64,000 nucleotides of DNA, taken from the NCBI RefSeq assembly GCF_044324785.1, contig NZ_CP172127.1; one strand, written 5' to 3'. A program made the translations under genes and the position numbers. A model generated the notes under the pieces. The model worked only from the letters and a program-made list of their open reading frames with translations, did no database searches and was not told where the DNA came from. Of this stretch, positions 46,471 through 57,434 are shown piece by piece; position 1 is the stretch's first letter, and each line of letters starts with the position of its first letter. Source of the stretch: Escherichia coli. Its GTDB lineage: Bacteria > Pseudomonadota > Gammaproteobacteria > Enterobacterales > Enterobacteriaceae.

Positions 46471-48123
46471 ATGTCCAAACCATTTATCTGGCAAGAACCG
46501 TTTCTACAAAATAAAGACGGTACAGAATATACATTAATTAGCGATCAACATATTACAGTAACGGAATTAGACGGCGAAGAAGTGATAAAAATCGCTCCTG
46601 AAGCATTAACGCTGCTTGCCCGGCAGGCATTTTATGAAGCCTCTTTTTTCTTACGTTCCGCTCATTTGCAACAGGTCGCCAGCATTCTTAACGATCCGCA
46701 GGCCAGTAGTAATGATAAATACGTTGCGTTGCAGTTATTACGTAATGCTGAAGTCTCAGCAAAAGGGGTATTACCCAACTGTCAGGATACCGGCACCGCA
46801 ACTATTGTTGCCAGTAAAGGGCAACAGATATGGACCGGAGGTAACGACGCCGAAGCCTTAAGCAAAGGCATTTACACCACTTTTCAGGAAAATAATCTGC
46901 GCTTTTCACAAAATGCGCCACTGGATATGTATACCGAAGTCAATACGCAAACCAATCTACCGGCGCAGATTGATATCAGCGCCGTCGCTGGTGATGAGTA
47001 CCATTTTCTCTGTATTAATAAAGGGGGCGGCTCTGCCAATAAAGCCGCGCTTTATCAGGAAACAAAATCCCTATTGCAACCAGAAAAACTGACCGCATTT
47101 TTAATCGAAAAAATGAAATCGCTGGGCACCGCTGCCTGCCCGCCTTACCACATCGCCTTTGTCGTCGGAGGGCTTTCAGCCGATCAAACCTTAAAAGTTG
47201 CCAAGCTGGCCTCAACGAAATATTACGACAATTTGCCCACCAGCGGAAACGCGCAGGGACAAGCATTCCGTGATATTGAGTTGGAAAAAGCGTTGCTCAA
47301 CGCCAGTCAGCAATTTGGTATTGGTGCGCAATTTGGGGGTAAATATTTCGCTCATGATATTCGCGTCATTCGTCTGCCGCGTCACGGTGGCTCTTGCCCG
47401 ATAGCTATGGCGCTCTCCTGTTCTGCCGATCGCAATATCAAAGCAAAAATTAACAAGCACGGTATCTGGCTGGAAAAACTCGTACACAATCCGGGGCAAT
47501 ATATTCCAGCCTCACTGCGGGAAGAAAATCACCCGCAACATGTACAGCTGGATCTAAACCGTCCGTTGCGTGACGTGATGCAGGATCTCGCCAGATTACC
47601 GGTAGGCACCCGCGTGTCGTTAAATGGTCCCATCGTAGTGGCGCGCGATATCGCCCACGCCAAAATAAAAGCGCGGCTGGATAGCGGCGAACCGATGCCG
47701 GATTACCTGAAGCATCATATTGTCTATTACGCTGGCCCGGCGAAAACACCTGAGAACATGGCCTGCGGTTCACTGGGTCCAACCACGGGTGGACGAATGG
47801 ACGGTTATGTCGATACCTTCCAGGCGGTTGGCGGCAGTCTGGTGATGTTATCGAAAGGTAACCGCAGCCAGCAGGTCACCGATGCCTGTCACAAACATGG
47901 CGGCTTCAATCTGGGAAGTATTGGCGGTGCAGCAGCGTTACTGGCGCAAGAATATGTCAAAAGTCTGCGTTGCCTGGAATACCCGGAGCTGGGTATGGAA
48001 GCGGTGTGGATGATGGAAGTGGAAAATCTGCCCGCATTCATCCTGGTAGATGATAAAGGCAATAATTTCTTTAGTCAGTTTGAGCAGCAACACCGCTGCG
48101 CCAGTTGCCCTGCGGGACATTAA
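46471..48123 (+). CDS. Class I fumarate hydratase paralog (candidate mesaconase)
   Basis: 550 aa nearly collinear with remembered E. coli FumA ([37 protein letters not shown]); located in the methylaspartate cluster. Confidence 0.85.
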   Translation: MSKPFIWQEPFLQNKDGTEYTLISDQHITVTELDGEEVIKIAPEALTLLARQAFYEASFFLRSAHLQQVASILNDPQASSNDKYVALQLLRNAEVSAKGVLPNCQDTGTATIVASKGQQIWTGGNDAEALSKGIYTTFQENNLRFSQNAPLDMYTEVNTQTNLPAQIDISAVAGDEYHFLCINKGGGSANKAALYQETKSLLQPEKLTAFLIEKMKSLGTAACPPYHIAFVVGGLSADQTLKVAKLASTKYYDNLPTSGNAQGQAFRDIELEKALLNASQQFGIGAQFGGKYFAHDIRVIRLPRHGGSCPIAMALSCSADRNIKAKINKHGIWLEKLVHNPGQYIPASLREENHPQHVQLDLNRPLRDVMQDLARLPVGTRVSLNGPIVVARDIAHAKIKARLDSGEPMPDYLKHHIVYYAGPAKTPENMACGSLGPTTGGRMDGYVDTFQAVGGSLVMLSKGNRSQQVTDACHKHGGFNLGSIGGAAALLAQEYVKSLRCLEYPELGMEAVWMMEVENLPAFILVDDKGNNFFSQFEQQHRCASCPAGH

Positions 48124-48132
48124 GGAAAATGA

Positions 48133-48735
48133 ATGGAAGCGCGAATTTCAACTGAACGGCATGTGCAGCGCCAGCAGAAATTGAAGGAACAGGTCGATAC
48201 GCGCGTCGCGGCGGCGATAGAGAAAAAAGGGATCTTGATTGTTTTCACCGGCAACGGCAAAGGGAAATCCACTGCCGCGTTTGGTACTGTGACGCGCGCG
48301 GTGGGTCATGGCAAAACGGTGGGGGTTGCGCAGTACATCAAGGGGCAATGGGACAACGGCGAATACAACCTTCTCCAGCCGCTGGGGGTTGAGTTTCATA
48401 TTATGGGAACCGGTTTTACCTGGGAGACACAGAACCGGCAAGCGGATATCGACGCGGCGAAAGAGGTCTGGTCGGAAAGCAAACGGATGCTGGCTGACAA
48501 GCGTTACGACTTAGTGGTGCTTGATGAGCTGACCTATATGCTGGCTTACCATTATCTGGACACCGAAGAAGTGATCGCTTCTCTGCAAAACCGCCCGGCA
48601 CAACAAAGTGTCATTGTCACCGGACGCGGTTGCCACAGTCAGATATTAAAAATGGCGGATACGGTCAGCGAAATCCGCCCCGTCAAACATGCTTTTGATA
48701 ACGGCATTCAGGCGCAGCCGGGTATCGACTGGTAA
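48133..48735 (+). CDS. ATP:cob(I)alamin adenosyltransferase (BtuR/CobA family)
   Basis: 200 aa with IVFTGNGKGKSTAAFG P-loop; collinear with remembered BtuR. Confidence 0.85.
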   Translation: MEARISTERHVQRQQKLKEQVDTRVAAAIEKKGILIVFTGNGKGKSTAAFGTVTRAVGHGKTVGVAQYIKGQWDNGEYNLLQPLGVEFHIMGTGFTWETQNRQADIDAAKEVWSESKRMLADKRYDLVVLDELTYMLAYHYLDTEEVIASLQNRPAQQSVIVTGRGCHSQILKMADTVSEIRPVKHAFDNGIQAQPGIDW

Positions 48736-48768
48736 TAACTGCGCCTGGCATCCCGCCAGGCGCAGGTT

Positions 48769-49674
48769 TTACATCTCCTGCGGTACGACCGATTTCGCCA
48801 GCAACCATTCACGAAATTGCTGCAAGTGCGGCGAGTCAGACTTCTCTTCCTGCCACGTCATAATAAAACGATTACCGGTACGAATAGGCACATCACAGGG
48901 AATCACCATATCGCCACTATCCAAATCATGTTGAATAGCGAACCGTGGTAACAGCGCCACGCCGAGATTAGAGCGCACGGCGGCAATCAGCATTGAAAGC
49001 AAATCGAAACGTGGTCCGTTGTTGACCAGCGGACTGCTAACGCCAGATAAGGCAAACCACTCTTCCCAGCCAGTAATACGGGTACTTTGATGCAGAAGTG
49101 GTAACTCTGTAAGCAGTTCTGCCACTGACAGTTTTTGATCGGACATTGCAAGCAAACTGCCGCTGCATACCGGCAAAATCTCTTCTTCAAAGAGATATTC
49201 TACTTCCGCCCAGGGCGCGCAAAAATTTTCGCGCATAATGACAGCATCGTACTCCCGATTAAGAAAATCGCCGTTATTAGCTAAAGAGTGAATATTAACA
49301 ATAATATCGGGATGTAACTTTGTGAATTCATGTAAATTTGGGATTAACCAGTGGGTACTAAACGTAGGATTCACGGCAAGTTCAATAACCTGAACCGTAG
49401 GCTGCCAGGTCATAATGGTATTGGTATCGCGTTCCAGCTTATTTAATGTTTCTTTTACTATCCCCAGGTAATACTTCCCTGCATCATTAAGAAAAATACG
49501 TTTTTTAGAGTGTGAAAATAACGGAGTATGTAAAAATTCCTCCAGCGCACTCACTTGTCTGAATACTGCACTTTGGGTTAACGCTAACTCCTCTGCCGCT
49601 CTGGTATAACTTTCATGACGTGCGACGACCTCAAAAGTCACCAGCAGTTCCGTTTTAGGTATTTTCCCTCGCAT
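48769..49674 (-). CDS. LysR-family transcriptional regulator
   Basis: 301 aa with N-terminal LysR HTH (YTRAAEELALTQSAVFRQVSALE); convergent with the pathway operon. Confidence 0.8.
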   Translation of the reverse strand: MRGKIPKTELLVTFEVVARHESYTRAAEELALTQSAVFRQVSALEEFLHTPLFSHSKKRIFLNDAGKYYLGIVKETLNKLERDTNTIMTWQPTVQVIELAVNPTFSTHWLIPNLHEFTKLHPDIIVNIHSLANNGDFLNREYDAVIMRENFCAPWAEVEYLFEEEILPVCSGSLLAMSDQKLSVAELLTELPLLHQSTRITGWEEWFALSGVSSPLVNNGPRFDLLSMLIAAVRSNLGVALLPRFAIQHDLDSGDMVIPCDVPIRTGNRFIMTWQEEKSDSPHLQQFREWLLAKSVVPQEM

Positions 49675-49705
49675 AATGCCGTCCCTTAAAAATAGTTTAA
49701 ACCAT

Positions 49706-49723
49706 CAAAAATACATTACTTAT
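49706..49723. promoter_or_regulatory. Inverted repeat TTACTT-N6-AAGTAA upstream of the LysR gene
   Basis: Perfect 6 bp arms about 32 bp upstream of the LysR start; fits a T-N11-A LysR-type box. Confidence 0.3.
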
Positions 49724-50239
49724 TACGAAGTAATGGTAACCAAAGCAGCAATAAATAATTTATAAGAATCATGATTGACATTTATAACCCAGTAAGCCTG
49801 GCGTGACAAATATCTTAATCAGATAATAATAATCCGAAAAGCACAGCGCCTTTCGAATTATCCGGAATCACATTAAGTGAAAATTATTAAATTGATATCA
49901 TTTATCATATCTGTGGATATTATGATAAACAATCAACAAAGATTTTATTTTTGATTTATAGCATATCCCTCTAAGAATTTTTGCGATGCTGCAATATCCG
50001 GGGTAAAGACCCGATCCTGGCTGACAAATGGCACGACTTGACGATAAGCGGTGAACATCGCTTTTGTTGATTTACTTAACGCTACGGTCAAACGCTGGGA
50101 AGCCAGTGCATCAGGTAACGATTCGAAATTCGCCGTCGTTCTTATTCGTGGCTTGCGGTCGGTTGCGGCAATCCACAGTGGCTGTGGTCATGCAGTCAAG
50201 CCAGCGGTCAGATTTCGACCGTGGTTAACGTTTAAGGCA

Positions 50240-50339
50240 TAAAAAAGGCCATCATACGATGGCCAACCATGTCGAAACCGACAGCCCTTCGCCATTCCTG
50301 TAGAGGGAAGCGGCGAGGGCTATTTCTTATTACAGATAT
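50240..50339 (-). ncRNA. sdhX: sucD 3'UTR-derived sRNA (SdhX/RybD-like) with intrinsic terminator
   Basis: About 100 nt directly downstream of the sucD stop ending in hairpin ggccatcgtatgatggcc plus U-run on the minus transcript; identity by position and memory only. Confidence 0.45.
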
Positions 50340-51209
50340 TTATTTCAGAACAGTTTTCAGTGCTTCACCGATATCCGCCAGGCTGCGAACGGTTTTCACG
50401 CCTGCGGCTTCCAGAGCAGCGAATTTCTCATCCGCAGTCCCTTTACCACCGGCAATGATGGCACCTGCGTGACCCATACGTTTGCCTTTCGGCGCAGTCA
50501 CACCAGCGATGTAACCCACAACTGGCTTGGTAACGTGCTCTTTGATGTACGCAGCCGCTTCTTCTTCAGCGCTACCGCCGATCTCACCGATCATCACGAT
50601 CGCTTCGGTCTGCGGATCTTTTTCGAACATTTCGAGGATGTCGATAAAGTTAGAGCCAGGGATCGGGTCGCCGCCGATACCAACACAGGTCGACTGACCG
50701 AAACCGTAATCCGTGGTCTGTTTAACCGCTTCATAGGTCAGTGTACCGGAACGGGAAACGATACCCACTTTACCCGGTTTGTGAATGTGACCAGGCTGGA
50801 TACCGATTTTGCATTCACCCGGAGTGATAACGCCTGGGCAGTTCGGGCCGATCATGCGAACGCCCGCTTCATCCAGTTTCACCTTCACGGTCAGCATATC
50901 CAGCGTCGGGATGCCTTCAGTGATGGTGATAATCAGTTTGATGCCTGCATCGATAGCTTCCAGAATGGAGTCTTTGCAGAACGGTGCTGGTACGTAGATA
51001 ACAGAAGCGGTAGCGCCAGTAGCAGCAACAGCTTCACGCACGGTGTTGAACACCGGCAGGCCGAGGTGGGTAGTACCGCCTTTACCTGGGGTTACGCCGC
51101 CAACCATTTTGGTGCCGTATGCAATGGCCTGTTCAGAGTGGAAAGTCCCCTGGCTACCGGTAAAGCCCTGGCAGATAACCTTGGTGTTTTTATCAATTAA
51201 AATGGACAT
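50340..51209 (-). CDS. sucD: Succinyl-CoA synthetase alpha subunit
   Basis: 289 aa starting [18 protein letters not shown]; synteny. Confidence 0.95.
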
Positions 51210-52375
51210 TATTTCCCCTCCACTGCGGCAACAACCTGCTGAGCTGCATCCGTCAGACCTTTTGCTGCAATAATATTCAGGCCGCTGTCAGCCAGTTTCT
51301 TCGCGCCGAGTTCGGCGTTGTTACCTTCCAGACGTACCACGACCGGTACGTTAACACCCACTTCCGCTACCGCGCCGATGATACCGTCAGCGATCAGGTC
51401 GCAACGAACGATACCGCCGAAAATGTTAACCAGAACGGCTTTCACTTTGTCGTCAGAGAGGATGATTTTGAACGCTTCGGTTACACGTTCTTTGGTTGCG
51501 CCGCCGCCAACGTCCAGGAAGTTAGCTGGTTCGCCGCCGTGCAGTTTAACGATGTCCATGGTGCCCATCGCCAGACCTGCGCCGTTAACCATACAACCGA
51601 TGTTACCGTCCAGCGCAACGTAGTTCAGTTCCCACTGTGCAGCCTGTGCTTCACGCGGATCTTCCTGCGACTGGTCACGCATTTCGCGCAGATCAGGCTG
51701 GCGGAACAGTGCGTTGCCGTCAGCGCCCAGTTTGCCGTCGAGGCAAATCAGATCGCCCTGTTTGGTGATGACCAGCGGGTTGATTTCGATCAGCGCCAGG
51801 TCGCGCTCCAGGAAAATGGTCGCCAGGCCCATGAAGATTTTGGTGAACTGCTGAACCAGTTTACCTTCCAGACCCAGTTTGAACGCCAGCTCGCGTCCCT
51901 GATATGGCATCGGGCCAGTCAGCGGATCAAGCGCAACTTTGTGGATCAGGTGCGGAGTTTCTTCCGCCACTTTTTCGATTTCCACGCCGCCTTCGGTGGA
52001 GGCCATAAAGACCACACGACGGGAACTACGGTCTACAACGGCACCGAGATACAGCTCTTTAGCGATATCGGTCGCTGCTTCAACCAGAATCTGGTTAACC
52101 GGTTGGCCATTGGCATCTGTTTGATACGTTACCAGACGCTTGCCCAGCCAGTTTTCTGCAAAAGCACGGATGTCTTCTTTGCTGTTTACAACTTTCACAC
52201 CGCCCGCTTTACCGCGGCCACCAGCGTGAACCTGACATTTCACTACCCACGGACCGGCACCGATTTTTGAAGCGGCTTCTTCTGCTTCGCGCGGAGTAGT
52301 ACAGGCATAACCCACCGGTGCTGGTAAGCCATAGCGGGCAAAAAGTTGTTTTGCCTGATATTCATGTAAGTTCAT
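51209..52375 (-). CDS. sucC: Succinyl-CoA synthetase beta subunit
   Basis: 388 aa starting [18 protein letters not shown]; stop overlaps sucD start. Confidence 0.95.
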
Positions 52376-52468
52376 GTGTTCTGTCCATCCTTCAGTAATC
52401 GTTATCTTTTAAACCGTAGACCGACACCCTATCCACGTCGGTCTACAGTGCAGGTGAAGCTTAAACTA

Positions 52469-53686
52469 CTAAACGTCCAGCAGCAGACGCGTCGGATCTT
52501 CCAGCAACTCTTTGATCGTTACCAGGAAGCCCACGGATTCGCGACCATCGATCAGACGGTGATCGTAGGACAGCGCCAGGTACATCATCGGCAGGATCTC
52601 AACCTGGCCATTCACTGCCATCGGACGATCTTTGATAGCGTGCATACCCAGAATTGCGCTCTGCGGCGGGTTGATGATCGGCGTAGACATCAGGGAACCG
52701 AACACACCACCGTTGGTGATGGTGAAGTTACCACCGGTCAGATCTTCAACCGTCAGCTTGCCGTCACGGCCTTTGACTGCCAGCTCTTTGATTTTCTTCT
52801 CGATGTCTGCCATGCCGAGGGTATCGACATCACGCAGTACCGGCGTCACCAGGCCGCGCGGCGTAGAAACCGCCATGCTGACGTCGAAATAGTTGTGGTA
52901 AACCACATCATCGCCGTCGATAGACGCGTTCACTTCCGGGTAACGTTTCAGGGCTTCAACCACCGCTTTCACGTAGAAGGACATAAAGCCCAGACGAATA
53001 CCGTGACGTTTTTCAAACGCTTCACCGTACTGCTTACGCAGATCCATAATCGGCTTCATGTTGACTTCGTTGAACGTGGTCAGCATGGCGGTGGAGTTTT
53101 TCGCTTCCAGCAGACGCTCTGCCACACGCTTACGCAGGCGAGTCATCGGCACACGTTTTTCGCTACGTGCAGCCAGAGCCGGTTGCGCCGCCGGAGCCGC
53201 AGCTGCCGGAGCAGACTCTTTCGCCGGAGCTTTCGCCAGATGTTTTTCCACATCTTCACGAGTCAGACGACCACCCACACCGGTACCTTTAATGGCGCTG
53301 GCGTCGAGGTTATGTTCAGCCAGCAGGCGACGGATCGCCGGGCTTAACGCATCGTTGTTTTGCTCTTCCAGAGACGCCTGCTGGCGTTGCGCCGGAGTGG
53401 ACGCTTTCTCTTCAGATTTGGCGCTGGTTTCTTTACCCGCGCTGTTGCCTTCACGCAGGCGACCAAGGATCTGACGAGACGTTACGGTTGTACCTTCATC
53501 TTCCAGAACCGCATCCAGAATGCCGTCTGCTGATGCCGGTACTTCCAGTACCACTTTGTCAGTTTCGATTTCTACCAGCACTTCATCACGTACGACTGCG
53601 TCGCCGGGTTTTTTATGCCAGGTTGCGACGGTGGCATCGGCTACGGATTCAGGCAGGTCAGGGACCAGAATATCTACGCTACTCAT
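52469..53686 (-). CDS. sucB: 2-oxoglutarate dehydrogenase E2 (dihydrolipoyl succinyltransferase)
   Basis: 405 aa with lipoyl domain, Ala/Pro-rich linker and catalytic domain. Confidence 0.95.
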
Positions 53687-53700
53687 TGTGTATCCTTTAT

Positions 53701-56502
53701 TTATTCGACGTTCAGCGCGTCATTAACCAGATCTTGTTGCTGTTTCTGGTGAACGGACATATACCCTACCGCCGGAGAGGCGGAGGCCGGGCGGCCTGCA
53801 TAACGCAGAGAAGCCCCAAACGGAATCACTTCACGGAAATGATGCTGGCTGCAGTACCATGCGCCCTGGTTGAGCGGTTCTTCCTGGCACCAGACAAAAT
53901 CCTTGACGTGAGCAAACTGCTGCAACACTTCCTGCATCGCTTTATGCGGGAACGGGTAGAGTTGCTCGATACGCACAATGGCGACATCGTGTTGATTGTT
54001 CTTACGGCGTTGTTCCAACAGGTCGTAATAAACCTTACCAGAACACATCACTACGCGCTTCACGCCCTTCGGATCAAGCTCGTCGATTTCACCGATGGCT
54101 GGCAGGAAGGTGCCGTTCGCCAGTTCTTCGAGGCTGGAAACCGCCAGCGGATGACGCAGCAGGGATTTCGGCGACATCACGACCAGCGGACGACGCATCC
54201 CGCGCAGCGCCTGACGACGCAGCATGTGGTAAACCTGTGCCGGGGTAGACGGTACGCACACCTGCATGTTTTGCTCAGCGCAAAGTTGCAGATAACGTTC
54301 CAGACGCGCGGAGGAGTGCTCCGGCCCCTGCCCTTCGTAACCGTGCGGCAGCAACATCACCAGACCACACATCCGGCCCCATTTCTGTTCGCCAGAGGAG
54401 ATGAACTGGTCGATAACCACCTGAGCACCGTTGGCGAAGTCACCGAATTGCGCTTCCCAGATGGTCAGGGTGCGTGGTTCTGCGGTGGCATAACCGTATT
54501 CAAACGCCAGCACTGCTTCTTCAGACAGTACGGAGTCCCAGACACGGAACGCGCCCTGGCCGTTATGGATGTGTTGCAGCGGCGTGTAAGTGGAACCGTT
54601 AGACTGGTTGTGGATCACCGCGTGGCGGTGGAAGAAGGTACCGCGACCGGAGTCTTCACCCGACAGGCGAACCGGAATGCCTTCGTCAACCAGCGTGGCG
54701 TAAGCGAGGTTTTCCGCGCCGCCCCAGTCGAACAGTTTCTCACCGGCTGCCATTGCCTGGCGATCGCCATAAATCTTGGCAACGCGAGACTGCATTTCAA
54801 CTGCTTCCGGCACCGTGCTGATGCGTTTAGCCAGTTCCTGCAGGCGCTTCATCTCAACTTTGTTCGGGTACTCTTCGTCCCATTCGTGGTTGAGGTACGG
54901 TGACCAGGTGAAAGAGTGCATGTTCATCGGACGCCACTCTGCTACCACGCAATCGCCAGCATCCAGCGCATCGCGGTACAGGTTAACCATCTCGGTGGCA
55001 TCTTCCAGCGTCGCGACTTTTTCCTGCTCCAGCTTGTCAGCGTAGATTTTGCGCGGCGTCGGATGTTTTTTGATTTTCTGATACATCAGCGGCTGGGTTG
55101 CGCTCGGCTCGTCGGCTTCGTTATGGCCATGACGGCGGTAGCACACCAGGTCGATGAAGACATCACGTTTAAAGGTGTTACGGAAATCGAGCGCCAGACG
55201 GGTCACAAAGGCAACGGCTTCCGGATCGTCCGCGTTAACGTGGAAAATCGGGGCCTGAACCATCTTACCGATATCAGTACAGTACGGCGTAGAACGGGCA
55301 TCCAGCGGATTAGAGGTGGTGAAGCCAACCTGGTTGTTGATAACGATACGTACCGTACCGCCAACTTCATAACCACGCGCTTTCGACATGTTCAGAGTTT
55401 CCTGAACCACGCCCTGCCCGGTCACTGCGGCGTCACCATGAATGGTGATTGGCAGCACTTTGTTGCTGCTCGGCTCATCAAGTCTGTCCAGACGGGCACG
55501 AACAGAACCGATAACTACCGGGCTTACAATCTCAAGGTGAGACGGGTTAAACGCCAGCGCCAGGTGCACCAGGCCGCCATCGGTCTGGAAGTCAGACGAG
55601 AAGCCCATATGGTATTTCACGTCGCCTGTGCCGAGGTGTTCTTTATGTTTACCGGCAAACTCGTCGAACAAGTCTTGCGGTTTTTTACCCAGCACGTTCA
55701 CCAACACGTTCAGACGACCACGGTGCGCCATTCCGAGAACCACTTCGCGGGTGCCGCTGTTGCCAGCGTGGCGGATCATCTCTTTAAGCATCGGGATTAA
55801 CGCGTCACCGCCTTCCAGCGAGAAGCGTTTTGCGCCAGGGAATTTTGCGCCGAGGTAACGTTCAAGGCCTTCAGCGGCGGTCAGTTCGCTTAAGAAGCGT
55901 TTTTTCTCTTCGCTATTGAAAGTCGCGCGACCAGACTCGATACGCTGTTGGATCCAGCGTTTTTCTTCGGTGCTGGTGATGTGCATATACTCGGCACCAA
56001 TCGGGCCGCAGTAGGTTTGCTTGAGTGCTTCCAGCAGTTCGCCGAGTTTCATGGTTTCTTTGCCGCTGGCAAATGAACCGACGTTGAAGGTCTCCTGGAA
56101 GTCTGCTTCGGTCAGATCGTGGAAAGACGGATCCAGATCGGCCACTTTATCTTGCTGCCACAGTCCCAGCGGATCGAGATTCGCATGCTGGTGACCACGG
56201 AAGCGGTATGCGTTAATGAGCTGCAGGACTTTAACCTGCTTCACATTGGTGTCAGGGTCGGAGATCGTTGAAGAGTAACGTGAAGCGTCTTTCGCCAGGC
56301 GGCGGAAATATTCACGCGTTTGAGAGTGGAATTGATCCGGTTTGACTCCCGTACCAGGTAACTGCTGGAACGTCGAACGCCAGTTAGCGTCAACCGAGTC
56401 AGGATCGGTTAAGAAGTCTTCATAGAGCTGTTCTATCCAGCTCTGGTTTGCGCCAGAGAGGTAAGAAGAGTCCAACCAGGCTTTCAAAGCGCTGTTCTGC
56501 AT
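53701..56502 (-). CDS. sucA: 2-oxoglutarate dehydrogenase E1
   Basis: 933 aa starting [17 protein letters not shown]. Confidence 0.95.
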   Translation of the reverse strand: MQNSALKAWLDSSYLSGANQSWIEQLYEDFLTDPDSVDANWRSTFQQLPGTGVKPDQFHSQTREYFRRLAKDASRYSSTISDPDTNVKQVKVLQLINAYRFRGHQHANLDPLGLWQQDKVADLDPSFHDLTEADFQETFNVGSFASGKETMKLGELLEALKQTYCGPIGAEYMHITSTEEKRWIQQRIESGRATFNSEEKKRFLSELTAAEGLERYLGAKFPGAKRFSLEGGDALIPMLKEMIRHAGNSGTREVVLGMAHRGRLNVLVNVLGKKPQDLFDEFAGKHKEHLGTGDVKYHMGFSSDFQTDGGLVHLALAFNPSHLEIVSPVVIGSVRARLDRLDEPSSNKVLPITIHGDAAVTGQGVVQETLNMSKARGYEVGGTVRIVINNQVGFTTSNPLDARSTPYCTDIGKMVQAPIFHVNADDPEAVAFVTRLALDFRNTFKRDVFIDLVCYRRHGHNEADEPSATQPLMYQKIKKHPTPRKIYADKLEQEKVATLEDATEMVNLYRDALDAGDCVVAEWRPMNMHSFTWSPYLNHEWDEEYPNKVEMKRLQELAKRISTVPEAVEMQSRVAKIYGDRQAMAAGEKLFDWGGAENLAYATLVDEGIPVRLSGEDSGRGTFFHRHAVIHNQSNGSTYTPLQHIHNGQGAFRVWDSVLSEEAVLAFEYGYATAEPRTLTIWEAQFGDFANGAQVVIDQFISSGEQKWGRMCGLVMLLPHGYEGQGPEHSSARLERYLQLCAEQNMQVCVPSTPAQVYHMLRRQALRGMRRPLVVMSPKSLLRHPLAVSSLEELANGTFLPAIGEIDELDPKGVKRVVMCSGKVYYDLLEQRRKNNQHDVAIVRIEQLYPFPHKAMQEVLQQFAHVKDFVWCQEEPLNQGAWYCSQHHFREVIPFGASLRYAGRPASASPAVGYMSVHQKQQQDLVNDALNVE

Positions 56503-56702
56503 CGTGATCCCTTAAGCATCTTTTTTATGCTTACTTCGCCGTGGATACTACCACGCACAGTGATGTGCGTGCCGGGGTTCACTTGCGAGCTCTTGTCTAC
56601 GTAGTGGCTCGCGAAGGAACCTTTAAAAACTGTCTTAGTGTCAGGGGCAGTTTTTAAAGATTTCCTGAATAGCCGGGGGATTTCCCCGGCATCAACATTT
56701 AA

Positions 56703-57419
56703 TTACGCATTACGTTGCAACAACATCGACTTGATATGGCCGATGGCGCGCGTCGGGTTCAGCCCCTTCGGACATACACTGACGCAGTTCATGATGCTGT
56801 GACAGCGGAATACGCTGAATGCATCGCTCAAACCGTCGAGGCGGCTGTCAGTCTCGGTATCACGGCTATCGATCAGGAAACGATATGCCGCTAACAAGCC
56901 TGCCGGGCCGATAAACTTATCGGGATTCCACCAGAAAGACGGACAAGAGGTTGAACAACATGCGCAGAGAATACATTCATACAGCCCGTCGAGTTTTTCG
57001 CGCTGCTCTGGCATCTGTAAATGCTCGCGAGCTGGCGGATTTTGTCCATTATTCAACAGGTAAGGCTTAATTTTCTCATATTGCGCATAGAATTGTCCCA
57101 TGTCTACCACCAAATCGCGGATCACCGGTAAACCTGGCAGCGGGCGAATCACAATCTTCTTGCCCGGCTGGTTGAGTGCCGAAATCGGGGTAATACAGGC
57201 CAGACCATTCTTGCCGTTCATGTTCAGACCGTCGGAACCGCACACACCTTCACGGCAGGAGCGACGGAACGACAGGCTGGGATCTTTCTCTTTCAGCTGG
57301 ATAAGCGCATCCAGCAGCATCATGTCACGACCTTCTTCCGCTTCCAGGGTGTAATCCTGCATACGCGGAGCATCATCAACATCCGGGTTATAGCGATAAA
57401 TTGAAAACTCGAGTCTCAT
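56703..57419 (-). CDS. sdhB: Succinate dehydrogenase iron-sulfur subunit
   Basis: 238 aa with Cys clusters for 2Fe-2S/4Fe-4S/3Fe-4S centres. Confidence 0.95.
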   Translation of the reverse strand: MRLEFSIYRYNPDVDDAPRMQDYTLEAEEGRDMMLLDALIQLKEKDPSLSFRRSCREGVCGSDGLNMNGKNGLACITPISALNQPGKKIVIRPLPGLPVIRDLVVDMGQFYAQYEKIKPYLLNNGQNPPAREHLQMPEQREKLDGLYECILCACCSTSCPSFWWNPDKFIGPAGLLAAYRFLIDSRDTETDSRLDGLSDAFSVFRCHSIMNCVSVCPKGLNPTRAIGHIKSMLLQRNA

Positions 57420-57434
57420 TTTCCTGTCTCCGCA

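Noticed and set aside
50051-50242. 63 aa + strand ORF between the LysR gene and sucD
   Set aside because: No RBS, overlaps the sucD 3' UTR and terminator region, and is not recognisably similar to any protein I recall; at most a gene remnant.
52376-55800. Several long + strand ORFs (323, 471, 294 aa) antisense to sucB and sucA
   Set aside because: All lie inside the sucA/sucB frames and have Arg/His-rich low-complexity translations; artefacts of codon bias on the coding strand.
56503-56702. Hairpins in the sdhB-sucA intergenic region (e.g. ccgggggatttccccgg)
   Set aside because: Expected for this junction, which carries attenuating structure and an internal suc promoter; nothing beyond the ordinary visible.
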